A stretch of DNA of 32,000 nucleotides from Candidatus Saccharimonadota bacterium (GCF_029232205.1 NZ_CP107255.1:750001-782000); one strand, 5' to 3'; numbered from the stretch's first letter, positions 6,956-15,434 are shown. Numbers and translations: made by a program. Notes: generated by a model from the sequence alone, not told the origin.

Positions 6956-7465
6956 GTGAAACTTCACCTTGTTGAGGGCGATGAGGCTTATGATACAGCA
7001 TTTGAGTATGTTAGAGATGAGGATCTGGAGGGTGTTCTGGGAGTTCATTATCGTGATGGAGGCCTCTACGATCCTGAGAGTGCTGCTTTTGCAGGGATCG
7101 AGTTGAGGCATCCGGATCAGAGACATGGTGATCCTGTTGAGTTAGAGGCAGGTAGTGTAGAGGCCGTTGATTACAATGATTTGACCGGTGTTGGCGTTCT
7201 TGCAAACAAGTTTTTCGAGAATACTGACGGAGTTCTTACCTATTTCAATAATTTCGATAGTCATGCGGAGGAAGTGAGAGGTTCTGAGGAAGCTGAGCAG
7301 AGGCTATTTCAGTTTATTCATACATTGGAGGGCGCAGCAGAAAGGAATGGAGAGCTTGTTCTGCAGGTTGATGAGAGTTCAGAGTTTTACGATACCCAGT
7401 TCTACCACACCATATTGACTCTTGTAGATGAAGAAGAACCACTGCTTGAGGGCTCCTTTGAGTAA
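6956..7465 (+). CDS. hypothetical acidic protein (169 aa)
   Basis: ORF with a GTG start at 6956, 39 nt downstream of the preceding gene on the same strand. No family recognised. Confidence 0.45.
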   Translation: MKLHLVEGDEAYDTAFEYVRDEDLEGVLGVHYRDGGLYDPESAAFAGIELRHPDQRHGDPVELEAGSVEAVDYNDLTGVGVLANKFFENTDGVLTYFNNFDSHAEEVRGSEEAEQRLFQFIHTLEGAAERNGELVLQVDESSEFYDTQFYHTILTLVDEEEPLLEGSFE

Positions 7466-7493
7466 TAAAAGTCTGTACTGCTGTGTCTGAGTT

Positions 7494-8183
7494 ATGGATG
7501 AGGAAGAGAAGATTCGGGAGTTGAACAGAAGGTTGAAAGAGCGTTACGGCGAGCCACCTGAGCCTCCCGAGTTGAGCGCTGTTGACTATCTTATTGAGAC
7601 AATTCTTTCTCAGAACACTAACGATATTAACCGTGACAAGGCCTACAAGAACCTGACAGAGAAATACGATACCTACGAGGAGATTGAGAACGGCGATTAC
7701 GAGGAACTTGTTGATACTATCAGGATTGCCGGGCTTGGACCTACCAAGGCCGAGAGAATTCAGGAATCCTTGAGAATTGTACGCGAAGATCAGGGCGAGT
7801 ACAGCCTTGAGTTCCTTAGAGATATGAGTGTTGACGATGCGAAGGACTGGCTGACTCAGATTCCTGGTGTCGGGCCTAAGACCGCTGCAATCATTCTGTG
7901 TTTCTATTTCAGGATGCCGGTTTTCCCTGTTGACACTCACGTTCACAGGATTTCGAAGAGGCTAGGCCTTATTCCTCGGAATGCTGGTAGAAAGAAGGCT
8001 CACAACATTTTGGAGAAGAAGGTGCCTGATGATATCAAGTATGAGCTTCATCGTTTGATGATTGAGTACGGCCGCGATACTGCTTCTGCCAGGAATCCTG
8101 ACTGCGAGAACTGTATATGGCCTGAGGAGTGCGATTACTATCAGGAGGTTTACAAGGGCAGCATGGATCCTGAAGAATTCTGA
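7494..8183 (+). CDS. nth: endonuclease III-like HhH-GPD DNA glycosylase/lyase
   Basis: The HhH-GPD motif IPGVGPKTAAIIL carries the catalytic Lys, and VDTHVHRI carries the Asp. The C-terminal cluster region is CENCIWPEEC (C-x2-C-x5-C). Confidence 0.85.
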   Translation: MDEEEKIRELNRRLKERYGEPPEPPELSAVDYLIETILSQNTNDINRDKAYKNLTEKYDTYEEIENGDYEELVDTIRIAGLGPTKAERIQESLRIVREDQGEYSLEFLRDMSVDDAKDWLTQIPGVGPKTAAIILCFYFRMPVFPVDTHVHRISKRLGLIPRNAGRKKAHNILEKKVPDDIKYELHRLMIEYGRDTASARNPDCENCIWPEECDYYQEVYKGSMDPEEF

Positions 8184-8231
8184 AGTAAAAGGAAAAATAT
8201 GAGAAAAATTACGTGGTAGATGATATTTTTT

Positions 8232-8262
8232 GAAGAGGCCTAGGAAATTATTCTAGGTCTTC
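8232..8262. terminator. imperfect hairpin between convergent genes
   Basis: GAAGA(GG)CCTAG - 9-nt loop - CTAGGTCTTC. The right arm overlaps the last codons of the gene at 8248..8451. Confidence 0.25.
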
Positions 8263-8451
8263 CTGCTGAGCAGCTTGCTGTTCTTCCAGATTCTCAACGA
8301 TTTCCTGTGCCTTTTCGTTGATTCTTTCCTGGTCAATCATTTCATCTTCGTCTAGAACACTCATTAGTGCGTGAAGTGTTAGCTGAAGATCGTTAAGTCG
8401 CTGCTGAATCATCTGCATTGCTTGTTCTGGTGAAGCTTCTTGTCCTTCCAT
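8248..8451 (-). CDS. hypothetical small acidic coiled-coil protein (67 aa)
   Basis: ORF preceded by TAGGTGTAAAAATT-ATG, the same SD context seen at tfb and trmB. No family recognised. Confidence 0.5.
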   Translation of the reverse strand: MEGQEASPEQAMQMIQQRLNDLQLTLHALMSVLDEDEMIDQERINEKAQEIVENLEEQQAAQQEDLE

Positions 8452-8534
8452 AATTTTTACACCTATAACTACCCGTTAAAACCCAAGCTTTAAAGAAGTA
8501 CAAATAATTAAGGAGGGAAGAAAAAGAAAAATTC

Positions 8535-8933
8535 CTACTCTACAACTGTTCGAGCGCCACAGGCCTGACACTTCATGATCTCAACGCCTTTCTCCTTTGT
8601 AAGCCTGGTATCCGGCCTGTTACACTCCGGACAGATCACATAATCATTAGCGTAGTCCTCAACCTTGGACTGTACGTGGCCTCTGCGGAACTCTCCATTA
8701 AGTACAAGCTCCTTGCCATCGATATGGCCTGAAGTTCCTAGCTCACTCTGAATATGCTTTGAAAGATGTTTCTCCTCTCTTCCAAGCTTGTCAGCTATTT
8801 CAGAAAAGTTTTCAATCGCTGTATTCGATCCTTTCTTCCTGCTTTTAACCTCAGGCATCTCAAATCTTTCGCCCGAGCCCTGCTCCTCATCAACCTGACT
8901 CTGGCCCTTCTCAAGTAAATCATCATAATCCAT
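8535..8933 (-). CDS. translation initiation factor aIF2 beta subunit
   Basis: 132 aa. The central domain and the C-terminal zinc ribbon CPECNRPDT...CQACGA are typical of aIF2-beta. Confidence 0.9.
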   Translation of the reverse strand: MDYDDLLEKGQSQVDEEQGSGERFEMPEVKSRKKGSNTAIENFSEIADKLGREEKHLSKHIQSELGTSGHIDGKELVLNGEFRRGHVQSKVEDYANDYVICPECNRPDTRLTKEKGVEIMKCQACGARTVVE

Positions 8934-8975
8934 TTTTAATCGCCTCTTATTGATTAGGTTGAACTGTTATTCTTT

Positions 8976-9722
8976 TTACAGCTTCTTGATTTTGCCTGGT
9001 TTTGGTTCGTAGCAGGTTCCGTCGCTGAGTAGGCCGTTGATTGTGTCTTCTAGTTTGTCTTCCGGTTCGTCGATTTCGTCGACAATGTCTGCGTAGTCGG
9101 CGCCTTCTCCTTCGTCCAGATTTTCTACTGCATCCAGTACGTCTTTCTCCAGGTTTTCGATGTCTTCCTGAGTTTCTGATACTGAGAAGCTTTCGCCGAA
9201 GCTCTGTAGTAGAGAGTCTACTTCGTCTTCGTCCAGTTTGCCAGCCATTTCTTTCTCGATGTCTTCCTGATCCTTGCCGGATTCTTTGAGCTGCTTAACT
9301 GTGTCTCTGATCTGGCTCCATTCTTCCATTGTTTTGCGGTATCGGAGCTGGTGTAGTAGTTCTTTTTCTACAGCTACGTCTTTGAGTACTTCTGCGTCCA
9401 TGTAGATCTGGCCCTGGTATTCTCTGACTTTTCCGATTGCCTCAACGATGTCTCCTTCTTCGAATTCGGATACGTCGTCAATGTCGTTGAAGAATTTGAC
9501 CTGTGTAGTATCTAGGCCGTCGTCTAGTGTGATTGATCCGTAGGTTTCGTCTTCGTTTGTGAAAGTATCGACTACAGTTGCCACTAGCCGGGCTCTTGAA
9601 AGTCTACGGCCCTGCGGTGTTAGAAGGTAGTTCGGTGTGAATCCTTCTTTCTGAAAGTATTTGCCTGAATTCAGTTCTTCCGTGTTGGTTAGTTTTGCTG
9701 TCTGTCTTTTCTGTTGAGGCAT
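8976..9722 (-). CDS. RPA32/Stn1-like OB-fold protein with an acidic linker and a C-terminal winged-helix tail
   Basis: The OB signature is ARLVATVVDTF...YGSITLDDGLDTTQVKFF...GDIVEAIGKVREYQG. The C-terminus is INGLLSDGTCYEPKPGKIKKL. The gene lies immediately downstream of mcm on the same strand. Confidence 0.55.
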   Translation of the reverse strand: MPQQKRQTAKLTNTEELNSGKYFQKEGFTPNYLLTPQGRRLSRARLVATVVDTFTNEDETYGSITLDDGLDTTQVKFFNDIDDVSEFEEGDIVEAIGKVREYQGQIYMDAEVLKDVAVEKELLHQLRYRKTMEEWSQIRDTVKQLKESGKDQEDIEKEMAGKLDEDEVDSLLQSFGESFSVSETQEDIENLEKDVLDAVENLDEGEGADYADIVDEIDEPEDKLEDTINGLLSDGTCYEPKPGKIKKL

Positions 9723-9765
9723 AGTATCACAGTTTTAGTTTATTCTTTTGAATGTTTCACAGATC

Positions 9766-11757
9766 CTAAATCTTCTGGACCTGGCCCTGTTTCGGCTCGA
9801 AAAGCTCGCCGTCACGCTTCAGATTTTCAATCACTTCTTCAGCTTTATCTCGACCAATTCCCTCTTCCTCGGCCTCGTCAAGTACATCCTCTATAGCTGC
9901 CGAATCATCAGATCCTGAGACCTTGTCAATTATGTGCTTGATTGTCTGCACCCTGTTTCTCTGGCTGCTGGAAACCCCGGATTCGATTCTGTCAATATCA
10001 AACTCTCCAGTTTCCGGATCGACTCCGATCTGTTCCAGTGAGTACTTGAGGATGTCAATCGCTCTCTGTGCATCGCTGACCTCCACTTTATCCTTTAGTT
10101 CTGCTCTTGCTGAGGCCTCTGCTACTCTAACCAAGGCCTCTAGTTGTCTTGCGGTGATTGGTACGCTGCTGTTGTCTTCTCCACTGCCTGTTGAACGCAT
10201 GCTTACGTAGAAGTCCTGTATTTCATCTGCTGCCTCCTGTGTTAGCTGAGGCCTTTTCTTTTTGGCGTGTGCGACGTATCTTCTGAGCAAGTCCTGTGGA
10301 ATTTCTGCATCTGTTTCCTCTGGGTCCAGGTGGTTTTGCAGTACCTGCCTAGATAACTTGGTGTCTTTTTCTTCGTCCGGTTCGTCTTTGACCGGGAAGA
10401 TGAAGTCGAATCTTGAGAGAAGTGTGTCTCCGATGTTAATCTGCTGTGGAATTGGTTCGTATGGGTCGAATCTTCCCATCTTCGGGTTTCCTGCTGCGAG
10501 GATAGATGTTTCTGCGTTAAGTGTGGCCTGGATATTTGCCTTGGATACCGAGATCTGTTGTTGTTCCATTGCTTCGTGCAGCGAGGAACGGTCTTCTGCG
10601 GCCATCTTGTCGATTTCGTCGATTGCGGCCATACCTTTATTCGCTAGGACTACTGCTCCTGCTTCTAGGCTGAATTCTCCTGTAGATTCTTCTTTTACTA
10701 CGGACGCTGTAAGGCCTGCGCCTGTAGAGCTTTTTCCTACTACGTAGCGGCCTTTTGGACTTAGTTCTCCTGTGAATTTCAGTAACTGAGACTTACCTGT
10801 TCCTGGTTCTCCTATTAGTAGTACGTGGATGTCTCCTCTGCTTTTTACTCCGTCGTCTCTTGATTTTTTGACTCCTCCGAATAGCTGGAGTGCGATGGCC
10901 TTTTTGATCTGGTGGTGGCCGAAGATTGACGGTGCGATGCTTCTTGCTATTTTTTCGAATATTTCGTCTTCGTTTGAGAGTTCTTCTATTTCCTCTATTT
11001 CCTCCCTTGAAAGTTCCAGTTCTTCGAATTCCTGTTCTGTTGGGTCGAGGTAGTTGGCCTCCATGTAGATGTCGAACTTTTTCGAGTTCTTTTTGACAGG
11101 CCTTTCTCGCATTATTCCCGTTATTTCTACGACGTTACCTGGTACTACTCTTTTCTGGAAGTCTGGGTCTACTAGATCCCCTTCGAGTCTGACCTGTAGT
11201 GAGGATGGTTGTTCTGACCCTTCTCTGGATTCAGGGTTTTCCTCTACAGTGATTATCTGTGTGTCGGTCATGACTTTTTCTTCGACTTCGAACTTTCTTG
11301 ATCCGCAGTCACATTTGTATGGGCTTTTGAGTTGTGAGGAGTCCTGTTCTTTTTCGTATCGGTCTCCGCACTGTGTGCATTCGAAGATTGCGGATACAAC
11401 TTCCGGTTTTACCTGTGAGGCCCTTTTGATCATGCCTTCTACAGGTATGAATTTTCCGATGTGTTTGGATCGGAGGTTTCTCAGGAATACGTAGTCTTCT
11501 TCCGGCATGTTGACGAATCTGACGTTGAGGCTGTCTTCGGATACCTGGTCGTGGCCTTCGAGGCCTTCTTCTGCTGCGTCTATTGCTGATACCGGGTTTT
11601 CTCTCAGGTAGTCGCTTAGTTCGAAGTTGAATATGTCCATGTCTTCGAAGTCGACTACTATAGAATCTTTTCCGTCTTGTACGGCTGTAGCGACCTTCTT
11701 GTAGTATTTCTCAGAGAAAAATTCCTCGAACTCGTTGACCGCCTCCCCGTACTCCAT
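9766..11757 (-). CDS. mcm: MCM replicative helicase
   Basis: 663 aa. It has the zinc motif CTQCG...CDCGS, Walker A GEPGTGKSQ, Walker B AAIDEIDKM, the arginine-finger motif SRFD, and a C-terminal winged helix. No intein. Confidence 0.97.
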   Translation of the reverse strand: MEYGEAVNEFEEFFSEKYYKKVATAVQDGKDSIVVDFEDMDIFNFELSDYLRENPVSAIDAAEEGLEGHDQVSEDSLNVRFVNMPEEDYVFLRNLRSKHIGKFIPVEGMIKRASQVKPEVVSAIFECTQCGDRYEKEQDSSQLKSPYKCDCGSRKFEVEEKVMTDTQIITVEENPESREGSEQPSSLQVRLEGDLVDPDFQKRVVPGNVVEITGIMRERPVKKNSKKFDIYMEANYLDPTEQEFEELELSREEIEEIEELSNEDEIFEKIARSIAPSIFGHHQIKKAIALQLFGGVKKSRDDGVKSRGDIHVLLIGEPGTGKSQLLKFTGELSPKGRYVVGKSSTGAGLTASVVKEESTGEFSLEAGAVVLANKGMAAIDEIDKMAAEDRSSLHEAMEQQQISVSKANIQATLNAETSILAAGNPKMGRFDPYEPIPQQINIGDTLLSRFDFIFPVKDEPDEEKDTKLSRQVLQNHLDPEETDAEIPQDLLRRYVAHAKKKRPQLTQEAADEIQDFYVSMRSTGSGEDNSSVPITARQLEALVRVAEASARAELKDKVEVSDAQRAIDILKYSLEQIGVDPETGEFDIDRIESGVSSSQRNRVQTIKHIIDKVSGSDDSAAIEDVLDEAEEEGIGRDKAEEVIENLKRDGELFEPKQGQVQKI

Positions 11758-11889
11758 ACTGAATTATTAGTAGGAAAAAGTGATAAAATGCAATCGATCA
11801 TGTGAAGTAATTCTTTTCCTGGCCGAAGAATTTTTTCCTCGGGGCCTTCCTCGGTTAAAGTGAAAAGTTTGGAGAGGCCTTGTTTTTGT

Positions 11890-12189
11890 ATGTCTGATAA
11901 ACTTGATGATTCCGAGATTAATGAAAGGCTTGAAGATCTCCAGATCTGGGGTATTGAGGCCGAGAAGCTTGTTTGCCGTGTAGAGTTTGATGGTTATCGT
12001 GATGCTGTTTTCTTTGCGAACAGTGTTTTCTCGCTTGCTGAGGAAGAGTTCCATCATCCGTCTGTAAAAGTTGAGTACGGCGCCGTGGAGATTGATCTGT
12101 GGAGTCACGATGTTGAGGGCCTTACTGAGAGAGATTTCCAGCTTGCTAAGAGAATTGAGGGGAAAGTAGGGAATATTGACTGGGATTAG
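11890..12189 (+). CDS. pterin-4a-carbinolamine dehydratase (PCD/DCoH family)
   Basis: The EEFHHPSVKVEYGAVEIDLWSHD motif identifies the family. The ATG at 11890 is preferred over the GTG at 11860 used in the track. Confidence 0.8.
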   Translation: MSDKLDDSEINERLEDLQIWGIEAEKLVCRVEFDGYRDAVFFANSVFSLAEEEFHHPSVKVEYGAVEIDLWSHDVEGLTERDFQLAKRIEGKVGNIDWD

Positions 12190-12638
12190 CGGTATTCGCT
12201 TAGATCTGCGCCTGCTTCTCCTGCGCCAAAGCTTTCTGGAATCATTTCGCTTATTTTTTCTATCTTTGTTTCACCGTTCTGGCCTCTCATAATTATGGTT
12301 ATATCGTGTTCGGCTACTTCGGAGAATTCTGCAAGTATCTGTCTGCATGCCCCACAGGGCGTTATAGGTTTCTCCTGCTCTCCTACTACGGCAACGGCCT
12401 GGAATGAGTAATCTGCGTTTGATACGGCATTTCCTACGGCATTTCTCTCAGCGCAGGTGCCGAGGCCCTGAATAACACTTTCATAGTAGCAGCCAGTATA
12501 GATATTTCCTGAATCTGTTAGAATAGCTGCGCCTACGGAGCTGTCTGTGAAGGTGGAGAAAGTATTTTTCCTGACTTCTTCGGCCTCTTCGATAAGTCTC
12601 TCTACTTGTTGTTCTGATAGTTGTTCCGGCAGATCCAT
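12186..12638 (-). CDS. cdd: cytidine deaminase
   Basis: The zinc motifs CAERNA and PCGACRQ are both present. Confidence 0.9.
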   Translation of the reverse strand: MDLPEQLSEQQVERLIEEAEEVRKNTFSTFTDSSVGAAILTDSGNIYTGCYYESVIQGLGTCAERNAVGNAVSNADYSFQAVAVVGEQEKPITPCGACRQILAEFSEVAEHDITIIMRGQNGETKIEKISEMIPESFGAGEAGADLSEYR

Positions 12639-12671
12639 AGATAAAGTCAGTACATTTGAGATTTAATATTT

Positions 12672-13115
12672 TTACCTGGTATCTGTTATTCTGTTCTGTG
12701 AGAATCCGCGGCCTTCTAGGTAGTCTTCTAGCATTTTTCTTCTGTTTTCTTTTCCGAGGTTGAGGTCCTGTATCTGATGTGGTGAGAAGAACTGTGCGTC
12801 GAGTATTTCTCCATCGTTGAGGCCGCTGTGTCTTCTTTCTGTTATCTGTGCTTCGTAGAGGAATACTGCTACTGTGTTTCCTGTTCTTACGCTTTCTTCG
12901 AGGTATACTCCTATTACTGGGCCTGTTTCGATGCTGTATCCTGTTTCTTCTAGAAATTCTCTTTCTGCTGTTTCTCTTAGTTGTTCTCTGTCTTCGAAGC
13001 TGCCGCCTGGGAATGTCCATGTTCCTTTTGCCTGGCCTTTTCCTTCCTGTACCATGAGGATTTCTCCTTCTTGGTTGGTTGCGATTGCTGCGGCAGCTAG
13101 GTGAGAATTGTTCAT
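12672..13115 (-). CDS. NUDIX hydrolase
   Basis: The Nudix box is GGSFEDREQLRETAEREFLEETG. Confidence 0.85.
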   Translation of the reverse strand: MNNSHLAAAAIATNQEGEILMVQEGKGQAKGTWTFPGGSFEDREQLRETAEREFLEETGYSIETGPVIGVYLEESVRTGNTVAVFLYEAQITERRHSGLNDGEILDAQFFSPHQIQDLNLGKENRRKMLEDYLEGRGFSQNRITDTR

Positions 13116-13166
13116 TTGTGAGTTCCTCGAGTTGAGAATAAGGAAGAGAATAGGTGAGATGGAGCT

Positions 13167-13715
13167 TTAAAGTGCTCCGATCTCTTTGAGGTTCTCTTCG
13201 AGTGTGGCGATTCCTTCTTTGACGTCTTCGTAAGTCCTTCCGCCTGTGCATACTAGGTTTCCGGATGAGAAGAGTAGGAATACTACTTTTGGTTCTTCAA
13301 GCCTGTATACTAGGCCTGGGAACTGTTCTGGTTCGTATTCTGTTCCTACTAGTTCGAAGGCAATTCTGTTGAGGTTGAGTGTAGCTCCTAGTTCTGAGGA
13401 TGCTACGATGTTCTGTACTGTGATCTCTGGCTTGTTGCCGATTTCGACGTCTGCTTCACGCAGTTCGTCGATGATCTTGTGTGTAGCTTCTTTGGCCTGT
13501 TCTGGACTCTGTGTTCCTGTACAGACGATTTTTCCTGAGCCGAAAAGTAGTGCTGCGGCCTTTGGCTCTTCAAGTCGGTATACTAGGCCTGGGAACTGCT
13601 CCGGCTCGTATTCTGTGTTTTCTAGATAAATTGCGATTCTGTCTAGAGGCAGTCGTTGGTCGAATGTTGCGGAAGCAACAACGTTTTGGATCTTAATGTC
13701 TTCGTCTTCTACCAT
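13167..13715 (-). CDS. tbp: TATA-box-binding protein
   Basis: 182 aa with the two TBP repeats, each containing TEYEPEQFPGLVYRLEEPK. An AGGTG SD lies at 13726-13730. Confidence 0.97.
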   Translation of the reverse strand: MVEDEDIKIQNVVASATFDQRLPLDRIAIYLENTEYEPEQFPGLVYRLEEPKAAALLFGSGKIVCTGTQSPEQAKEATHKIIDELREADVEIGNKPEITVQNIVASSELGATLNLNRIAFELVGTEYEPEQFPGLVYRLEEPKVVFLLFSSGNLVCTGGRTYEDVKEGIATLEENLKEIGAL

Positions 13716-13769
13716 TTGTGGATTTCACCTGGAATTGGCAAACGTGGCCTCATTCAAAACTTAAGACCA

Positions 13770-13814
13770 GTTTATATAGTTTATATACGGTTTATAAGTG
13801 AAACCTTTTAAATA
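13770..13814 (-). promoter_or_regulatory. array of four TATA-like boxes upstream of tbp
   Basis: GTTTATATA (13770-13778), GTTTATATA (13779-13787), GGTTTATAA (13789-13797) and TTTTAAATA (13806-13814). The first two are a perfect 9-bp tandem repeat. Confidence 0.5.
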
Positions 13815-13863
13815 GACCGCTTAAAAGAGTTTCACAAAGTATATATTTCCGAAGAAAAAAAAT

Positions 13864-14202
13864 CTATTCTTCCAGGCCTTCAAGAGATTTTACAGTTCCT
13901 GCAACCTGTTCAACTGTTACAAAGGCCTCTTCGCCAACTATCTCATCTATAAATATCAGGGCTGCTCTGACATCTGTTTCTGTTTCTCGGTTTATTCTTA
14001 TTGCGCCCTGTTGTTTTTGTTCATCAAAGAGATTCTTTATTATCCATGGGTTGGCCTTGCTTGCCTGTTTTTCTCCAAGGTATCCAAGAACTGCATCCCA
14101 GATTGAGTCTACTACTTCAGGGAATTCGTGTGCTGTCTCTGAGTGTATCTTGTATCGGATGTATCTGTTGTCTTCTCTCAGTGTTGGCGGGAGGTGTTTC
14201 AT
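13864..14202 (-). CDS. RNase P protein component 2 (Pop5/Rnp2)
   Basis: The N-terminus KHLPPTLREDNRYIRYKI is typical of archaeal Pop5. Its ATG overlaps the upstream gene's stop (ATGA). Confidence 0.78.
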   Translation of the reverse strand: MKHLPPTLREDNRYIRYKIHSETAHEFPEVVDSIWDAVLGYLGEKQASKANPWIIKNLFDEQKQQGAIRINRETETDVRAALIFIDEIVGEEAFVTVEQVAGTVKSLEGLEE

Positions 14203-14810
14203 TTCTTTTCAACTCCGGGCCTGATGCACTCATCTTTCTCTGATTTTTCTGCGTTGCGGATTATTTTTCCGGGCGTTTCTGCGACTGCCTTCTTTCCCGA
14301 GTAGCCTATTGAGTCAATTAGGGCCTTTAGTTCTCTTGGTGCTCGGAGCTGGTGTTTTTTCTCTGCGGCCGTTGTTATTAGGTATGGTGTGTTGTATTTT
14401 TCGCACAGTTTGAGTATTTTTCTCCAGTGTGAGAGGATGTGTGTTCTTTTCTTTCCATTCTGGTTTAGCTGTGTGAGGTCGAGGCCTATTGCTGTGTTGT
14501 TTTGTGCTGCTTCTTCTGCCATGATGTGGTTTATTCCCGGGTCTTTCCTGCCTTTTTCCGGGTGTAGAAGTATGTCAAGTTTGTTGTTTTGGCAGGCCTT
14601 TCTGTTGAGTTCTTCGTTGCCACCTTTGAATACCAGTACATCTGCTTCTTTTCTGTGAGAGTTGATTTTTTTCTTGAGTTCTCCCCAGTTTTCTGCTTCG
14701 AGGAATACAGTGTTGAGGCTGCAGTTTGTGGTGTTCCAGCCTATTTCCTGTGCTTTCTGGCATACCTCGCTAGAAGTGTTTTTGAGGCAGATGTCGTGGT
14801 ATTTTGGCAT
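14199..14810 (-). CDS. RNase P protein component 3 (Rpp30/Rnp3)
   Basis: 203 aa with a TIM-barrel-like pattern (DVLVFKGG, LDILLHPE, GINHIMA, IGLDL). It is translationally coupled to pop5 and adjacent to rpl15e, as in the conserved archaeal superoperon. Confidence 0.72.
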   Translation of the reverse strand: MPKYHDICLKNTSSEVCQKAQEIGWNTTNCSLNTVFLEAENWGELKKKINSHRKEADVLVFKGGNEELNRKACQNNKLDILLHPEKGRKDPGINHIMAEEAAQNNTAIGLDLTQLNQNGKKRTHILSHWRKILKLCEKYNTPYLITTAAEKKHQLRAPRELKALIDSIGYSGKKAVAETPGKIIRNAEKSEKDECIRPGVEKK

Positions 14811-14858
14811 TGTGTAGAATTAAAGGTAGGAAGGGAAATGTAAAAAGAAATGTGTTTT

Positions 14859-15434
14859 TTACTTCCCTTTGCCGTCGTTGGCTGACTGGGAAGGTCTTAC
14901 TTTTTCTGCGCCTTTTCCACGGTTTTTCTGTCCGCGGGATTTCTTGGCTGCAGGTGTAAGGCCTCTTTCTGCTCTGTCTCTTTTGTCGCAACTCCAGTTG
15001 ATGTCGTCGTCTGACTTGATCTCTGGATGTTCTGGGTCTACCATGATGACTTCGTACCATTTGCGGTTTCCGTCTTCTGCTACCCAGTAGCTGTTGAGAA
15101 CTTCAAGGTTCGGATGTTTCTTTGAGGCTCTCTGCTCTGCTATTACTCTCTTTGATTTCTTTGAGGAGTATCTGTTCTGACCGTAGTTTTTCGGCTTTCT
15201 TCCTCCGCTTGGTCTTTTTCTTTTTGATCCTCCTTTGTCTACTCTGACTCTTACAGGCGTGAACCCGTTCTTTGCTTTGTATCCTAGCTGTCGGGCTTTT
15301 GGAATTCTTGTTGGGTTGTCAAGTTTTACTATTGCGTCCTGTTGTCTCCATTCGACAAGTCTCTGTTGCCAGAGTTCGTCCAGGTTCTCTTTAGGCTGTT
15401 CGTATTGTTCCTGGGCGTATTTGTAGTAACTCAT
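14859..15434 (-). CDS. rpl15e: ribosomal protein eL15 (L15e)
   Basis: MSYYKYAQEQY...LGYKAKNGF..VRVRVDKGG..RKRP is characteristic of L15e. The ATG at 15434, with a GAGG SD, is preferred over the GTG at 15452. Confidence 0.92.
   Translation of the reverse strand: MSYYKYAQEQYEQPKENLDELWQQRLVEWRQQDAIVKLDNPTRIPKARQLGYKAKNGFTPVRVRVDKGGSKRKRPSGGRKPKNYGQNRYSSKKSKRVIAEQRASKKHPNLEVLNSYWVAEDGNRKWYEVIMVDPEHPEIKSDDDINWSCDKRDRAERGLTPAAKKSRGQKNRGKGAEKVRPSQSANDGKGK

Noticed and set aside
9923-11494. Series of plus-strand ORFs (95-161 aa) antisense to mcm; similar Ser/Leu/Phe/Cys-rich antisense ORFs occur opposite most long genes (e.g. 3936..4376, 16104..17528, 24262..25528, 30267..30822)
   Set aside because: They are the mirror image of GAA/GAG/GAC-rich coding strands, which gives TTC/CTC/GTC codons. 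They are Ser/Leu/Cys-rich with no motifs, and the opposite strand carries unambiguous genes.
11767-12108. 113-aa minus-strand ORF overlapping the mcm promoter region and the PCD gene
   Set aside because: It is basic and low-complexity, and antisense to a PCD gene that has the HHP motif. It has no supporting start context.
12481-13251. 256-aa minus-strand ORF spanning cdd, the NUDIX gene and the tbp 3' end
   Set aside because: It is extremely Arg-rich, low-complexity sequence (RRRQRRNRHTRR...). It lies in an alternative frame of three well-supported genes with clear motifs, and is a frame artefact of GA-rich acidic codons.
13291-13620. Direct DNA repeat (about 57 nt, about 88% identical; both copies contain TATACTAGGCCTGGGAACTG)
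   Set aside because: It corresponds to the two structural repeats of TBP, with the identical peptide TEYEPEQFPGLVYRLEEPK in both halves. The differences are synonymous, so it reflects the ancient internal duplication under purifying selection, not a mobile or regulatory repeat.
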